In this document: piece by piece, positions 12,037 through 27,000 of the stretch | Position numbering within the stretch: the stretch's first letter is position 1 | How the letters are laid out: the number at the start of each line of letters is the position of its first letter | NCBI GenBank assembly: GCA_046563655.1 | Contig: CM102287.1 | Coordinates: 9,362,001-9,426,000 of the forward strand | DNA length: 64,000 bases | Origin: Yuukianura sp. NJ FZ-2021 | Taxonomy: Eukaryota | Reading direction: 5' to 3' | Program-made: the position numbers and the translations under genes | The notes under the pieces: generated by a model | Database searches by the model: none | The model's input: only the letters and a program-made list of their open reading frames with translations | Told to the model about the DNA's origin: nothing

Positions 12037-15000
12037 ATGCTGTTCCGCTTCCTCTTCTTTCTTTTCATCTACGTTCAAATCGTTTTCGTCAAAGCCACCA
12101 CCAAAACCAACACCGCTACTGCACAAGGTAAGTAAAAGTAAAAGTTCCTTTAACGTTACATCTTTTGTAGTACCTAAATGTAAACATTACTACAGTATTA
12201 GTAGGTTAAATGTTAACAATTCAGGAAACATGTCAGGGTTATGCTTTATGCTGAAGATTCCGACGTTTCACCTAAACTCGACTTGACAAGTGCAATGTTT
12301 TGAAGAAAAAAAGGTCAGTGGAACTTAACCTGTGTAGGTCATAAAATTTGTATGACATCATCGATTATGTGAGGGAGAGGTTCTACGATGTGGTTAGTTA
12401 AGAACTTAAGATGGTAAACATGTTTATTGTTCTCTTGCTGAGGACTTTATTACTCACAGGCTAAAATTAGCACGTTTAGTTAAAATTCGGGGATCGATGT
12501 GTCAATCAATATGATTTGATGGTTAGCATAAACCCCAGCCCCCAGCGACCGGTTGTTACTCCAACACCGGATCCAGTTCTCAGCATAGCACGCAAAGTGT
12601 CAGCATGTCTCCAGTGACATGGCACCCTAGTGGTTATGGGTTTGGGTGCTGCTGACATAAGCACTGTCTGGGATGATCCGTAACTGGAATTGGAAATGGG
12701 AGAGAAGCAGAAGGGGTTGACAGGTCCAGAAGCGGACTTAAGGGACCGTAACAAATCATTCATGCTATTATAAATAAGGAATGGGCGGAACGTGAGACGC
12801 GGCAGACTTGACATCAATAGTTGTACATCCAGAATGGCACTGGAATCAACGAAAGTTCCAGTTAAGGTAGCAGAATCCAGGATTCCAGATTATCCAGGAA
12901 GTTGTAGTTAGGGATTCACGTTTAGACTCAAACGTGTACTACTGGAACTGGAAGTCGCTGGGTATAAAATGTCGGCAGAACGTTCCATATGCTAGGATTG
13001 GACATGAGGATCTTCTGGAAGAAATGAAGACGTCTCAGATAGTTAATTTTAGTAAATGATGATTTATAAAATAAAGCTTTGGCTCAGGAGCTCCCGCACG
13101 GTCAGGTCACGTCCAACTGTCATCCATTTCTGTCAAGTCTTAAAACGTTGATTTGAAAAGCCCGCGTACAGCACATGCATGTGTAACAAAATGCAAAAGT
13201 TTTAGTAAAACCTTGGGTTCATGCAGAGCCAAAGGAACGATAAATTATTCAAAACCGTTCTTCTACAGAGGTCAACAAACGTTGGACAGAAAAAGAGCGG
13301 GAAACTACAATTTCAAATCGTAAGCCCCGCCTCTTTCCGCTCATCCCCCCGGGGGTAATAAACTTTAACTTTCAATGGACTTCGCTCGTGGACACTTGAT
13401 TGCCCAACTTCTTTTTTCGATCATAAAGTCAAAGTTTTATTAAAAAATAAAGTCGTAATCTTGAAAAAAGACACTCCAAAGCTATATAGACTTTTACTGA
13501 ATTTCAAGTTCTTTGAAAAAGTTTAACCAAAATAGCGATACTTTTGGAAATGAGATATTTATGAAAAATGGGACTTTTTAAATCGTACCGACGGTGCATT
13601 TACAGTTAGAGTGAGAGTGAAACTTACTTTTCCTCTAAAAAGCGCAAAAAGTTTACAACTCCAGGGTCACTCATGACCCATAAATTTTCAATTTTGAAAT
13701 TCTAAAAAGTGAGATCCAAAAAACACTTTTTGGCTCTTCCAAAAAGCAATTTTTCATAAAAACGGAAGACCGAGCGGAATATGGAAAGTAGAAATTTTCG
13801 ATTCGAGAGTTTACTTTTCTAAACGAAGAGAAAACACATTCATTTCGTGCTTAATTAAAAATTTTAGTGCAGTTAACTGGCGTGTCGGTGCTCGTAAGAG
13901 GTAACTATTAGGTTCAAAATTGGAAGTCCTAAAAAGTATTAGTTTTTATAACATTTGTGTTTTATAAAAGGAAATGAAGTTCTTGTGTTGAGTACTATTT
14001 GGTGGAACTTTAGTTTTAAATGAAATTAGTCAACCTGCTTTCATCCACTGCCAACAGCATTAGAGTTTCAGTACGGAGGAAGTGAAGGAAGAAAAGTCAA
14101 ATTGAACTTTAGGTGAACATGGGAGAAAATTGAAGAGAAAGCAAGTTATGGAATTTCTAATTCACTTTAGTCTTCTTCCTCAAACGAAACATTTCCACTC
14201 TCCTTTTACATGTGTAGCAGTTTCAGATTTTATATTTGTCATTTTACCGTAAAATTTCAATTAGAAGCCCGCTTTCCTGTTTTTTTTTCTAGTGTAGCAG
14301 TTCCACATTTTACATTTTGAGTAAGATTTCAATTCGAATTTTAACTCCAGTTTTTTGTTGCGTAGGTGTAGCGGTTCCACATTTTACGTAATCTTTGTAG
14401 TTGTGACGTTGTAAACGTGAAAAGCAAGCAAAAAAAATATTTCGAAAAATTTGGCAAAACAAAGTTTTCCTTCCGGATCCGAAATATTTTGGTCCAGTTT
14501 AACTGAATCATCAGTTAAACTTCCAAAAAAAATTTTGTTTTTGTGATGTTTCACTAAGGTTCAACGGTAGCAGTGGTATAGAGGACAGAGCCAATCAGAG
14601 CGGGTTAATATAAAACTGATGGAATCCTGTCGTAGTTTTTTTTTTTTACTTTGATTAGGTTTGGGATGCCTGTAAATTGAAAATTTGCGGTACTTTAGTT
14701 ACTTATACGTTGGCCAGGTTATGTTTCCTATTCTTTTGTGGTGAAAGCTTTGCTTTAGAGTTTGAAGTTTGCAGAGGCTGAGTGTTTGGCGGTGAAAGTG
14801 GAACGTTAGTTAGGTTAACCAAAGAACGGGAGTGGACGAGTAGTGAAGAGCGGGAGAATAATGCAAATAAAAAGTAAATAAGATTCTGCATGCACTTTCC
14901 CTTGTTTGTTTAACACGTCGAGTACTTCTCTGTCCCTCTCTACATTCCCTCTAACTTTCCTTTCTATGAAGAAGCAGTGAAGAGAGGGACAGTCAAGGCA

Positions 15001-18000
15001 TAGTGTGCTCAAAAGTTCACTAAAACAAGAACACACTAAAACACTGAAAAGGGGTAAAATCCGATAAAAAAAGAGAAAGTAGAGGGGAAAACTTCAAATC
15101 TCAGCTGGAAAACTGCTCTCTCCACTGCTTAGGAGGGAGACACTTTGAAATAAAAACAAAATCTAAAAGTTTTCAAGTTTTCAGTGTTTGAGAAACACTG
15201 TTACTAGAGGAGGCTTAAAGGACTCAAAGTCTCATCTCTGCTTTCTCTTGGGTAATGATCTCTGTTCTGCCATGTCACTTTGTTTAGAAACCTTAAAAAA
15301 CTTTCCCTCTTGTCCCCCTTTTTTAATCTCTGTCCAAAACTATTTTTAAAGTTTTTGGAAACCATTTTGGGCTTTGTCTTTTCTTAGAAAAAAAAAGTTG
15401 GCTTGAGTTTTTAGTTTTTTAGAAAGCAAGAGAAAGAGGGTCGCCCAAATCTTTTTCCTCTTGGGTTGCTCCTATTCTGTTTTTGGCTGGTTGCAGAGAA
15501 AAGACAAAGAAAAAAGAACATTTGAATCCCATTAGACTTTATGGTCGTGTCGAAAATATTATATTTTGGTTAAATCCCATTTACTCCTCGTGTCTATTGT
15601 TATTTTTTCAGTTTTGAATTTTAGTTTTGTGAAATGGAAAAACTTTCACCCAAAAACTAACCTTTTATGCCCGTTTTTTATCTTTGGCAAAAGTGAAAGT
15701 GGCTTTCACTTTTGAAAAAGTAATAAGCTCCTATCCAGTTATTCCTTATTTGAATTTGGCTCAAAGTTTTTCTCTTTTCGGTTCGTTCGTCATCTTTCAA
15801 TAGATTTTTCCATTTTGAAAATTTCAATTTAGATTTCAATTTAAAAAAAATGAAAGAGAAAGTTAGTTTTAGGGAAGGGGGTTTTGCGTCTCTAAGGAAT
15901 TGGCGACAAGGGTTTAAACCATCTGAAAATCATTTGGCTTTATCAGTGTTTTCGTTTTTCGAAATTGGCTTTTCCAAACTTTTTGAAAAAAATGGAAAGA
16001 GTAGGCGGAAAATATGAGAAAAGAGAAAATGCAATAAATAATGGCTGGAAAAAGTGGAGATTTTGGAGAAAGTGCCAGAAAAAACAAAGGAGCGTGCTGA
16101 TTGCCTTCTGCTTTTTTTGGTTCGTTAGAAAAGGGAAAGAGAAAGTTAAAAATCTGTGACTGTTATTTTCACTTCCAAAAAAGTTAGGGTTTTTGGTTAG
16201 GCTAGATCTCTAACGTAACATTTAGAAGAAAAAATGTGAAAGTTAGGCTATGTTTGCTGCTACTTTGTGTTGTGGAGGTTCCAGGTTTTGTGAAATTGTG
16301 GTTAATCACTCTTTTTAATTGACTTTACCATAAATCTTCCATTATTGCCCCTCTTCTCCTACGGAGGCTGAAACGCTGGAAGGTGTAAGCTTGGGATCAG
16401 CATCTCCTGTGCTGGTGTTGTAATAAAGGGAAATGTGTTAGGGAAAGTAGAATTTGCATGGAGATCACGTGGTTCATTACCATTGTTATGGTTACCACAC
16501 TTTATCACACCGGCGGTACATTTACAACTTTCCTCTGGTCCTATGGTCTGACATGAACCTTAATGAAAATCCTACTAAACTTATCACCAGTCACCAACTT
16601 TCTAATCAATGCTCTTTGTTCTCCCGGAGAAAACTTTTAGTTGGACGAGGGAGAAACTGACTTTGTTTAGTTAGTAAAAGGAAAAACAAGGTTTTCGAAC
16701 CACCATAAATTGTGTTGTTGGAGACAACAACTTTAGGGAGGGAGACTTCAAAAGCTCTACTGCTTACTCCGCTTTCAAAACTTAAAAGGAAACCATAATT
16801 TGTCAATTTGAGAAATCAGTTTGGACGTTTGAGAGAAAAAGAGAGGGAGAAAATGCTACCGAGAACTTTCTGTTACTTACATAAAGTCAATTCCTGTTTC
16901 AATTGGTTCGAAAAACTAGTTTTTCGAGAAAAAAAAATTAGTTTTTAGAAAATCAAGTTCTGGAAAACAAATTTTAGAATTTGGGTTCATTTTTCAAATG
17001 CTTGTTTCGAATTTTGGTAGCACTTTGGACAAAAGTGGGCAATTTGTTAAGATTTGAAAAGAGCAAAGAGTGAAAGTTTTTTTTTGTGCATTAGAGGGAA
17101 AGTGGAAGTATTTTTTTTGCTGAATTTGAATTTTGAATTGTAATTTTTTTGAAAAAGTTGTGTAGAAGTTGATGAAAAGGAGCTCATTTTGTGACCACAA
17201 GAAAGCAATGGGCGGCGAGCTTTGTGCTTTTTTCTTGTTGAAAGCAATCAACGATTACAAACTTCTTGCCAGATTTCCCTCTTTCACTTCCACTTTTATC
17301 CTGTGGACATCAGCACATTTTGTAAAAGAAGAAAAGAGGCGGGAAAACCCATAGATTTTGTAATTTTCTGGAGCTTTCTCCCCACGCCTTGCTTCTTCTC
17401 TCTTTTCTCCCGCTCTTTTTTTGGGAAGTAAAAAGTGACCAGAGTTGATTAGTGGCTGAATCGCTGGTGCTGATGCTGTTAACTAAAAAGAATGGCGCGG
17501 GAACTGGCGATGCCAACTTACTGGTTCTTTGCTAGAAAAAAAATCTTCCCGATGATTATATTTCTCCACTTTTGCTTTCTTCGGCTGCTTTTTTCTAAAA
17601 AGAAGTTCCCGCTTTTTTGGAAGAGAAAGAAATCCAGTCCCATTCTGTTCGACTATCCATCTCAGCAGCTTTTTCTTTTCAGCGCCGCAGCATTACTGAA
17701 CGCAGCCCTTATCTAAAAAAAATCAATGGGAAGAGCATTTGTCATTGGTTAAAGGACTTTTATGTCCATGTCTATGCAGAGGAGCCAAATTACATGGTAG
17801 AGAAATATCCACTTTCACCACAAGTCCTTGTCCTTGCTTTCCCGCCTTTTTTATACTAAAAAGTTCAAATTTTTGTGTTTTTCGGACAGCGGAAGGAAGA
17901 TTGAATTTCAAAAAGTTTCAGTCAAGAGCTTCCGCTTTCTTTTTCGCTTCGCTCTGCTGAGCTGTCGGTGGATAACGAAATTTGGAGTGAGTGAACATAA

Positions 18001-21000
18001 CTATGGTGGTGATAAGGAGTTGAACGGCTTCACGATGGTTATGGTAACCATGGTTATAGTTATGGTAACCATGGTTACGGCGGCAGGAAGATTGTCAGGG
18101 TACGGTGTAGTGTGTGGTTGAGTGGGGAGCAGTAAAGTATTTCCTCAACTTGGCAGTTACGACAGCAATTGCCGTGAGCTACCCACTTCAGATTTTATTT
18201 TTGCATCCTAATCTTTTTCAATGGTAAAAGAGGCATCGAGAAATGGGCGCTGCCGTTAGGTTGGTTTATGCTCTGGCCTAACTTTAACCTAGGTTTGTGC
18301 CTACGTTCTCAATCTGGAGAAAAAGAGAAAACGGCTTCCTGATCTCCAGATTTTCCCCATGAGACTCATATGCATTTGCCCCCCAGTTTTTTCTATTTTA
18401 GAGACGCGCTGGAAGCGCGAGAACGCTTTCAAATCTTAAGAAGAAAGAAAGTGGGAAGCGACGGAAATGCTTTCTTGAGGCCCTGGAGCTCTTGAGTTTT
18501 ACAAGGAAATGTGTCAATATCAATTCCATAGACTGAGGAGAGGCTACTCGAGTGGGTTATAGACAAGGACTAAAAAGTTATAGACAGGGACTAAAAAAGT
18601 TATAGACATGACTATAGAAAGGAGAGGTTGAGTGGCTCAGAGAAAGTATTTATGAAGACACATTAAAGCCAAGACTGCCGAAAAACTAATGGGGAAAGTT
18701 AAGAGCCTTCTTTCCATGTGTTGGGAGGAATAGAGCTCATATCACCCTGGAAAAAACGAAAAAGTGGAAGGAAATTCGGAAAAGCGCCACTTTCAAAGAA
18801 GCTGCAGAATCTAAAATCCAAAAGAGATCCTTGGCGCACTTTTTTTTTTGAAAAAGCCAGGAGCCAACTTTCTCTTTTCAGTTTCACTTTCCCTTCTTTC
18901 TTATAGAAAAAAAAGAAGACTGAGAAGGAAGAAGTGAAAGAGGAAGTGTTAGGCTCCATGTGAAAGCATAATAAATTCAAACTCTTGCGATCTTCCCGCG
19001 AACCGAATTTTAGGAAAGAACTGGGAAAAGAGAGTGACGTTGCGTGAATAGACGAGCTAGAAAGCTTTTGAGAGACTCCAAAAACCTAAGCTAGTTTTTG
19101 CGAAACAAGCAAATAGGAAAATGTAAGTGTATGGGATTCAATGAAGAACGGGAGCTTAGCATTTTCCTGGGCCTACTTCGATGCTAATTTGAAATTTCCA
19201 AATTGAAAGCACGGGAATTTGAAAGTGAAAGTGCCAAAGTCACAAATTTTGCTTCCACTTCCAAATTTTTAGAACGAAAACGTCGCTTATAAAAAAAAAG
19301 TTTCTTAAATTAACGGAATATGCACCGTAAAACAAGTTTGGCGGTTCTTCTGCGCTCTGAACATTTCGAAAAACAAAAAAAAATCGTTGTTTTTTTTGTC
19401 CTGCGCTGAACAATTTTTGCGGTTTTTATTTGACATGGGGCGACCCGACCGTTTCGATTTTTATTTTGAAAAAAATGCAGTTCATTGTTTCTGACTTTGG
19501 TTTCTCGTTTTGGATTCTGCTAATTTTTTATTCTGCGTTTCTTCATTTTTTGGACGTTTTTTAGGAAGTTTTTTTGTTAAAGTTTTTTTTTTTTTGAAAG
19601 AGTGAGCCTTTTGGTGGGTGGTAGTGGTCGTGATTTGGTTGCAAATGAAGAGCGGAGTGTCAAGAGAGAAAGTGGGATGGTGGGATTAAGGCGTATTACA
19701 AGAAACGGGAGCCGATGATAAATGAAGTTTCATCTTCCCCTTGCTCCCGTTTTCTATTTTTCTTTTCTCCGCTCTTTCCGATGACTAACGTTTGTACACA
19801 AGGAAACAATACTTTTCCTCTGGCTTTCATACTTCCTTAAAAAATAACACAAGAAATGGCTATCTCTGTTTTTTAGAGGAAAAGCAAGTCTCTTTTGGAA
19901 AGCAGTGGACTCGTAGTGTATAGAGTGAAAAGAACAAAAGCTTTCGCCTCTGCTGCTGCTCACACTTTGGTTTATGATGGGAAATGGAGCATCTTCTTGG
20001 AAAAGATTACACTTTTTGTAGTTTATTCTTTTTTGGGTTTAGGTTAGGCTAGTTTTTCCTTTGGAGCGAGAGATTGGGGTCATAAGGTGACGAAAAGTTT
20101 CTACTAATCCTCAGACTTCTCAGACTCACAGAGTTCTAACAAGAAAGTATCAGAAGACAGGTGAAACTAAGGAAAGCCGCTTACCACTTTCCTGCTCGGC
20201 GGGAGAAAAGCCAATTTCAGATTTTTCGGAAAAATTTTGAAAAAATAGGAAAACTTACTTCTCTCAGGTTTCTAGAAAAAAAAAACACATTTTGTTAGGA
20301 AAATGAGGTAAAAAGTGGAAAAACTGGAAATTTTGGTTGTTCTATTTTTAGAAATTTTCGGGATGGATTCGTTACCGTAAAGATTTTAGTACGCGCCCCG
20401 GGCGCGTAAATTGAATTGGGATAAATTTCGCACCAAATTGGAATTTGGTGTTTTTTGAATATTTTTTTGAAGAGTTACAAGGGGTTCAAGATGTCAATTT
20501 TGACAAGTGAAAGTGACTTTAAGTAAATCCTGTAACGGAAATCAGTTTTTATTATGGAAATTGAGCTGCTGTACCTCATGTCAAAATTTCTTAAAATTTT
20601 TTTGTTCAAAATTTCTAAAACGTGGGTGATTTGTGCCTAGGGAATCCCGTTTCCTAGTTCTTTTTGTGCCTGTCATGTCGTTATGAAAATGATGATGATG
20701 GTGTTTTCCTTTGAAAAGAAGAGGGAATGTCCTGTGGGATGAGTGAAAGTGAAGGAGTAGGGGATTGGATTTTTTTGAAAAAAAATTCTTTTTTGAATTT
20801 TCTTTTTGGTTTTGTGCTACTGGTTGAAGGCAGAAGATCTGAATAGGAGGGAGGTCATATATCTCATTGGATTTTGTGATATTCCTTAATATTCTGCTGG
20901 TTTGATATTATCTGCATAGCATTTCGGAGGATGAGGAGGAATCTTTTCGTTAACTTTACCATCATAGCATGATGGCAGTGGCAGTAAAAGTCAAAATGCT

Positions 21001-24000
21001 TCTAGAATGAAGAATATCTTCTAAAGAAAAGGAAGAAATTTCCAGTGAAAGTCAAAATCCTTCTTTTCCCGCCCAGAAAGCGTGGGGAAATTCGAATTCC
21101 GTCGAATACTTCATTTCACTTTCCCTTTAGACTCCATCATCCATCCACTTTTGGTTCGCGTCCAACTTTCTTCCGAGAGAAGATCTCCCACATCCTCCTA
21201 AAGAATATGTGCATGTCCTACAAATCGTAATTACGAGACCCGTTTCACTTGACAATGTTGAGATACGAGAGAGATAAGATATCGATAAGGCGATAAGAGA
21301 TAAAAACCACGCCTACTACTTTCACTAAAAGAAATGCTGGCTAGAGATCGATAACAAATTGGGTTTGGGGGAAAGACAGAAAAAGGAACACACTTTTTGT
21401 AATTTTGGAAAAACAAGGAAATGGTTGAAGTAAGGAAGAAGCTGGTTGGTTGTGTTGCCAGTTGATGAGCATTTTGTATCGTTCAAATCAAGCTGAAACC
21501 ATTTTTCTCTGTCTCTTCCCAAAAGACTTTTTTCGTTTTTCCCGAAGTCTCTGGAGGGAAAGTTTGAACTTGGCTGTTTTATTTTTGTCCTGGAGCCAAA
21601 GCAAGGGAAAAGTGGTGCAGAAAGAGTCTTGCTTCTGCTAAGTTCCCAGCTCTTCATTTGTCTCCAAGTATCTTATGTGTGTAACTGTTAAGACTACAAC
21701 TTTCAATGAATTTGTCTTCTCGTACTTTCGAACTAAACATTTTGGAGAAGTTACGCATTAGAGTCAATGACCTCGGAAAGTGGACGCAGGGGAATAGTTC
21801 GGTGGATGCATAAAAAGTAAGGCAAGTGTGAATTTCTGTTGGGAATGAAAGAATTCGTCGGAAAACACAAAATTTCAAGGTAAATAAAAATGACGTGAGA
21901 AAAAAATGGGTTCTGGGAGATATGTAGTGGGAAATGTAATTTAATGCAGAATTGACAAGTTTTCATTGGGAAAAAAAATAGTATGAGAAATGCTAAATGT
22001 TTTGTGGAGAAGAAGAAAAATTTAACAAGAAATACAAAAATATTTTGTGGGAAATAGATTAAATTTAATGAGGAATAGACAATATTCAGTATAAAAAGTG
22101 GGAAATAGATAAAATTTAATGAGGAATAGACAGTATTCATTGGGAAAAGAGGGAAATTGGAGGGGGAAAAGAAAATTATAGTGAGGATATGAGAAAACTG
22201 TTGGTTTTTGGGAGTGAATTAATTGTGAGGAGATGACAGACGAAGACGACAAGTTTTGTGCGTAAACTTTTGTTTGTGTGTGTGAGGAGGGCTTAAGGAG
22301 GGAATAATGGGCGGATGGCGGGAAGATATAAATTATGACGATGTCCCTCCCTCCGCCCACCCTCCTCCTTATGAAGTTGAAGTTTCAGGAGAAGATTAGT
22401 TTTTAGTAAGGAGAAGAATATGGGGGGATAATGGAATAAGTTTAATCTGAAGAACCACACTTTGTTCATGACTTTCTAAGAGAATGATCATAAGGAGATG
22501 AGATCATCATCACTTTCCTCTCCCCAAGGCTTGAATTGGGTCATTCCAATTGATTAGTTGGGGAAGAGGAAGTGAAAGTGAGAAAAGAAGTTGAATTAAA
22601 CTGCCAACTCAAAGTGAAAGTTGGCGGGAAGCGAGGAAATCTCGGTTAAGTAGAAGTTTGAATTGTTGGGGAAAAGTTTAAATTAATAAAAAAAAATCGC
22701 GAATTTTTTCCCTCGAAAATTATTCCCACGCTTTAAAATCTTTTTCAGTCCCATTTTTAATTTGTTTTACGATCGTACTTGTACAAATTTTTTTTTCAAA
22801 CGTGTCTTTTTCTGTTTATTTTTTTGAGTGCGTTGAACTTTCCCGCAATTTTTCCCAGTTTCCCCCCATAAAGTTGCCTCCCGCTTTGGTCTCCCTTAAC
22901 GTTAACACATCATGGTCGGCACATTGATTGAACTTTTCCCGTTTCTTTTCTCCTAACAATCATCATCATCATCTTCATTTGGAGTGAAGGAGTGCACCCC
23001 CGCCTGGAGGTGGGTGGGGGAGGGAGCCCAAAAACCAATTCATTTACTCACCACCCGCCCGCACAAACTTTCACTCTCGTAAGATACGGTTGCGTAACAA
23101 AATTAGGATTTGGCTGTGGCTGTAATCTTCGCTTTCACTTTTACTTTCCAAGAGAAAACGAAGCGAAGGTAAGCAAACAATAAATTCTCGTTCAAGAGCT
23201 TTCGGCGGGAACGTGGAGCTGCCCAATTCTTTTTTCAAAAAACGAGAAAGTTCTTTCTTTTTTTGGCTGTTGGTTTTGGCGGATGCAAGAGTGGTGGGTT
23301 GTTCAATCCAACTTTGGTTTGGCGGCTCATAAAGCAATGTTTGGTGGGTCAGCAGCTGGAGGAGGCAGGGAGGGTGGGGCACTTGAGAAAACTGGAAACG
23401 ATTTTGGCGGGTAGAGAAAATGGCGGGCGGGGTACTTAAGTTTTTAGTATTTCCCATTTCCATTGACTTTCTTTCTGTCCTGAATAAATGAGTAGTTGCG
23501 GTTATGGTAGGTCGTTAGATGGAGAAAGCACAAAGTGAAAGTGCAGGAAAAAGGATGAAGTTTGAGATGTTTCTTGTTGGTTTTGGGGTGTCCAGGAACA
23601 AAACTTGTGAGAAATGAGTATCTTTTTGAAAGTAGTTTTTGGTTATGTTGAGGATTCTGGACGAAGAGAGGAACCTGACTCTCCATTTTGGACATAACCA
23701 TTTTATGACAATGTCTTTTGTTTTCACCACTTTCAGCAACATAACCCAAAAACCTAAGTTAGGGTAGGTTTCATGAGTCTAAAAGTTTCGAAAACTCCCT
23801 CGGCGGAGGATTACGGTATCCCGGGAGAGCGGAAATGTGAAACACTTTCCGTTTTTGAAACATATGAAACGCCTATTTTGAAAAGAAAGGTTAAACAGTT
23901 TATGAAATTGCAACATTTCGAGGAAAATGTTAAACACTTTATGAAATTCGGAAATCTGAAAAGAAAGGTTACACAATTTATGAAATTACGAACATTTTGA

Positions 24001-27000
24001 AAAGAAAGGCTAAGCAGGTTGTTAAATTTTGAAAGTGCGGAACCGTTATGTAGTTTTGAAAAAGTGGAGAACTGCTTAGCGTTAGTTTTTGTTTGAAATG
24101 TTTAGCCGGAATTTTTATTTTGTGAGAATGCTTAGATTTTGCTTTTTGGAAAAGTTTTTGGACTTTTTTAATAAAGTTTTTTTTTTTTTCGAAAAATAAT
24201 TGAAATTTAGTTGAGTTGAAGAAGTGACTGGAGAAAAGTACGTGGTTGGAGTTTGAATTACTGCTGACACGTCAATATGAAAAAGGCGTCAGGTCTAAAC
24301 ATTTTTTCTCTTTTTAAATTAAGACATAACTCAACTTTTTTTAAATCGTTTTTTTGAAAACAACTTCCCTCAAAAACTTTTTTCCTCCTGACGTAAGTTT
24401 TTTAGAACAAAAGAAAATTAACGAACGTTTTTTCTCTTCTAGAGTGAGTGAAAGGCTCAGAGTGAAAGTAAACTTTGGGATTTAAAAAGAGAAAAGGCGG
24501 GAGAAAGTGAGTGTGTAATCACTTCAGATCGAATGGGAGAAAAAAGTTCAAAAGGAAAAAAAAACTTTCCGCTTTTTTAAAACAAACTCAAAAAAGTCTC
24601 TTCCTCGTTATTTTTTATTTTCTCAAGGGAGAGGAACATGACCTCTCAAGTTGACCCCGGAGGAAAGAGTTGTGTTTTTAAAAGTGTTGATTTTCTTTTT
24701 ACAAATGACTGGCTTTTGTGAAGAGTAAGTTTTTTGTTTGCTCTGCTGAGTTTTTGTTAACTTAAATTGCAATCAAGGCACGACGAGGACAACGAACTGT
24801 TGTTTTTCAGAAAAACGGAAAACAACGTTTTTAAAAAAATGACAGGGAAAACAACTTTCACTGTTCGGTTAATTGACAAAGTTTTAATTATTTCAGACAA
24901 ATTTCAGTTTTCAGTTATTAAAAAGTTTGTCGAAACAAAAACACAGAAGCTAAAAAAAGGTAGCAGCATTTTCTCCTGGTCTGTTGAACATGTTAACGAT
25001 CGGTAGAATAAAATTTGTCATGTTGGTGCCAATTATACATAGTTCTACCAGTTTAATTTGGATGGTTGTCCTCAAATGTCTACAATGACCTAAGTGGTTA
25101 CCGTGTGACCTTTGACCTCTGTTGTTGTCATCGTGTAAATTTTGACCTCCGGTGACCTGTCCTTTGTCAATGTCTCAATTAGTTGTAACAAATTGTGCGT
25201 TCTAATGTGAAATACTCCAGGGAAGATTCAAGTTCTGCTAGATTTGTGGAACCTTTTGGGTCTAATTATGTCTGCTACCCGGTTTTTCTCTTACGCGGGT
25301 ATTTTGTGTTTTTAGGGTCTCCGTCGATTCGGTTTGAAGTGTCTGGTCTAACTGGAGAGCGTGTGGTTCTGCCGTGTCAACTGAGTGAGGAGACATGTGG
25401 TCCCATTCACTCCATCAAATGGCACCGTGGTTTCCGCAGAGTCTACATCTTCAGTGAAATTGGATCCACGTCCAAAGCAGAAGATGACCTCATCGGACGG
25501 TAAATCACTTTTCACTATTCCAATTTAACATTTCACCAACTTCACAAAGGAATAGACGACGGCATTTATGCACAAAGGGACGGAGGGATTGAGGGAAAGG
25601 ACGGAGGACGGATATGGAAAAAGATCGAAGAGAAGAGGAAATGCTAAAAGGAAATGCTGAGTAGGACAGATTTTTGATTCGGATTGATTTCGGTTTTGAA
25701 AAAGTCATTTTTCCTTATTTTGAAAATCTGGTGAAACGGTAAAACGAAGAAAGTAACGTAGAAATCAAAAACTTTTTTTTGGCATTTTTTTTGAAACATG
25801 AATTTCCTATAACTGAGTTCGTTACTGTTTGATTTTTTCTGAGATTTTAATTTCTAAGATTTCACTTTTTGGAAAAAAAAAGTTACCATGTAGTAAAAGT
25901 ATGTGCAAGGAAAATACAGCAGTTTTTTTAAACCTTGAAATTTGGAAACGAAAATGTTGCTGTTTTAATTAAAAAATGCACAAAATCAACAAGGTTGCTT
26001 TTGATTTTGAATGAGCTCAAAATGAGGTGGACTTCTATTTTAAAACAGTTTCAAAAAGGCTTTTGTGAAAGAATTTTTTTTGTTCCAAATTTTGGAAGGT
26101 CTTTTGAGACGTTTTTTGGAAAAGAAAGTTAGAAGGTAGGAGCATGGAAGAAGGCTTTTGTGTTTTGGGAATTAAATGGAACATACGGAGGGACTTGGAG
26201 GAATTCCCACGGGAGATTTCCATACAGATGAACTTTAGGAGGGAGAAGAGAAAGTAGCGTGGGAAGACGAAACAAAGACTTAATCACCCGATAGGATCTT
26301 AATGAAAACTAAAGTTAATTAAAATACTTTTTTTTTATTTCTTAGAAAATCAGGCATGCAAATTTTCATTTTTGTTGTATTGTTAAAACCCCGGTTGTAG
26401 TTTGTCCTTTAGAATTTTATTTCGAAAAAAAACTCAAGTTTTATGTTGAGCAGATGTAAAAGTTTCAAAAATGTTGTAAATGTTGCAAATTAGAGAAAGT
26501 TGTAAACTTCAAAAGTTTGCTTGCGACAAGGAAAAACACAAAAGTTAGTTAAAAATGACAACTTTTTGTAAGATGCAAAAAAATGTCGCAAAAATGAACA
26601 ACTTCAGTGTTGTGTATAAGAAGTGTCATTCCGAATTTAATTTCTGTTGTGTTTCTGTTGTTTCTTATGCAAATTTTTATTTTGCTGAAAAAGACAAAAG
26701 AGAAAGGAGTTTTCTCTTATTTTTTTTTCTTAAGTTGCTACAAGTTCAGACTTCAGAAAAACGGGGACATTTAAAAAGAAAATTTACGATACTTTTTTTT
26801 TAATTTTGGGACGGAGCCATTTTCTAATGTCAAAAAGCAAGAAAATTCTGTCTCCAAGTTAATAATTCTTTTGTCAAAATGCTAATTTTGTTCTTATTGA
26901 TTGGCTTTGCTTTAGACTCTTTTTCTCCCAAGTTTTTTGTATCTTGACAAAAGAGCGAGAGAAACGGGGAAAGTGGAGATTTATGATTCAGCTGCCTAAC

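Noticed and set aside
12506..13020. Relatively GC-rich stretch with a 103-aa minus-strand ORF as a possible nested gene or TE fragment
   Set aside because: No recognisable domain, signal peptide or convincing splice pattern.
14212..14388. Three repeats of about 24 bp separated by about 50 bp, resembling a mini CRISPR array
   Set aside because: The spacers share sequence, indicating an old tandem triplication; no leader or cas genes.
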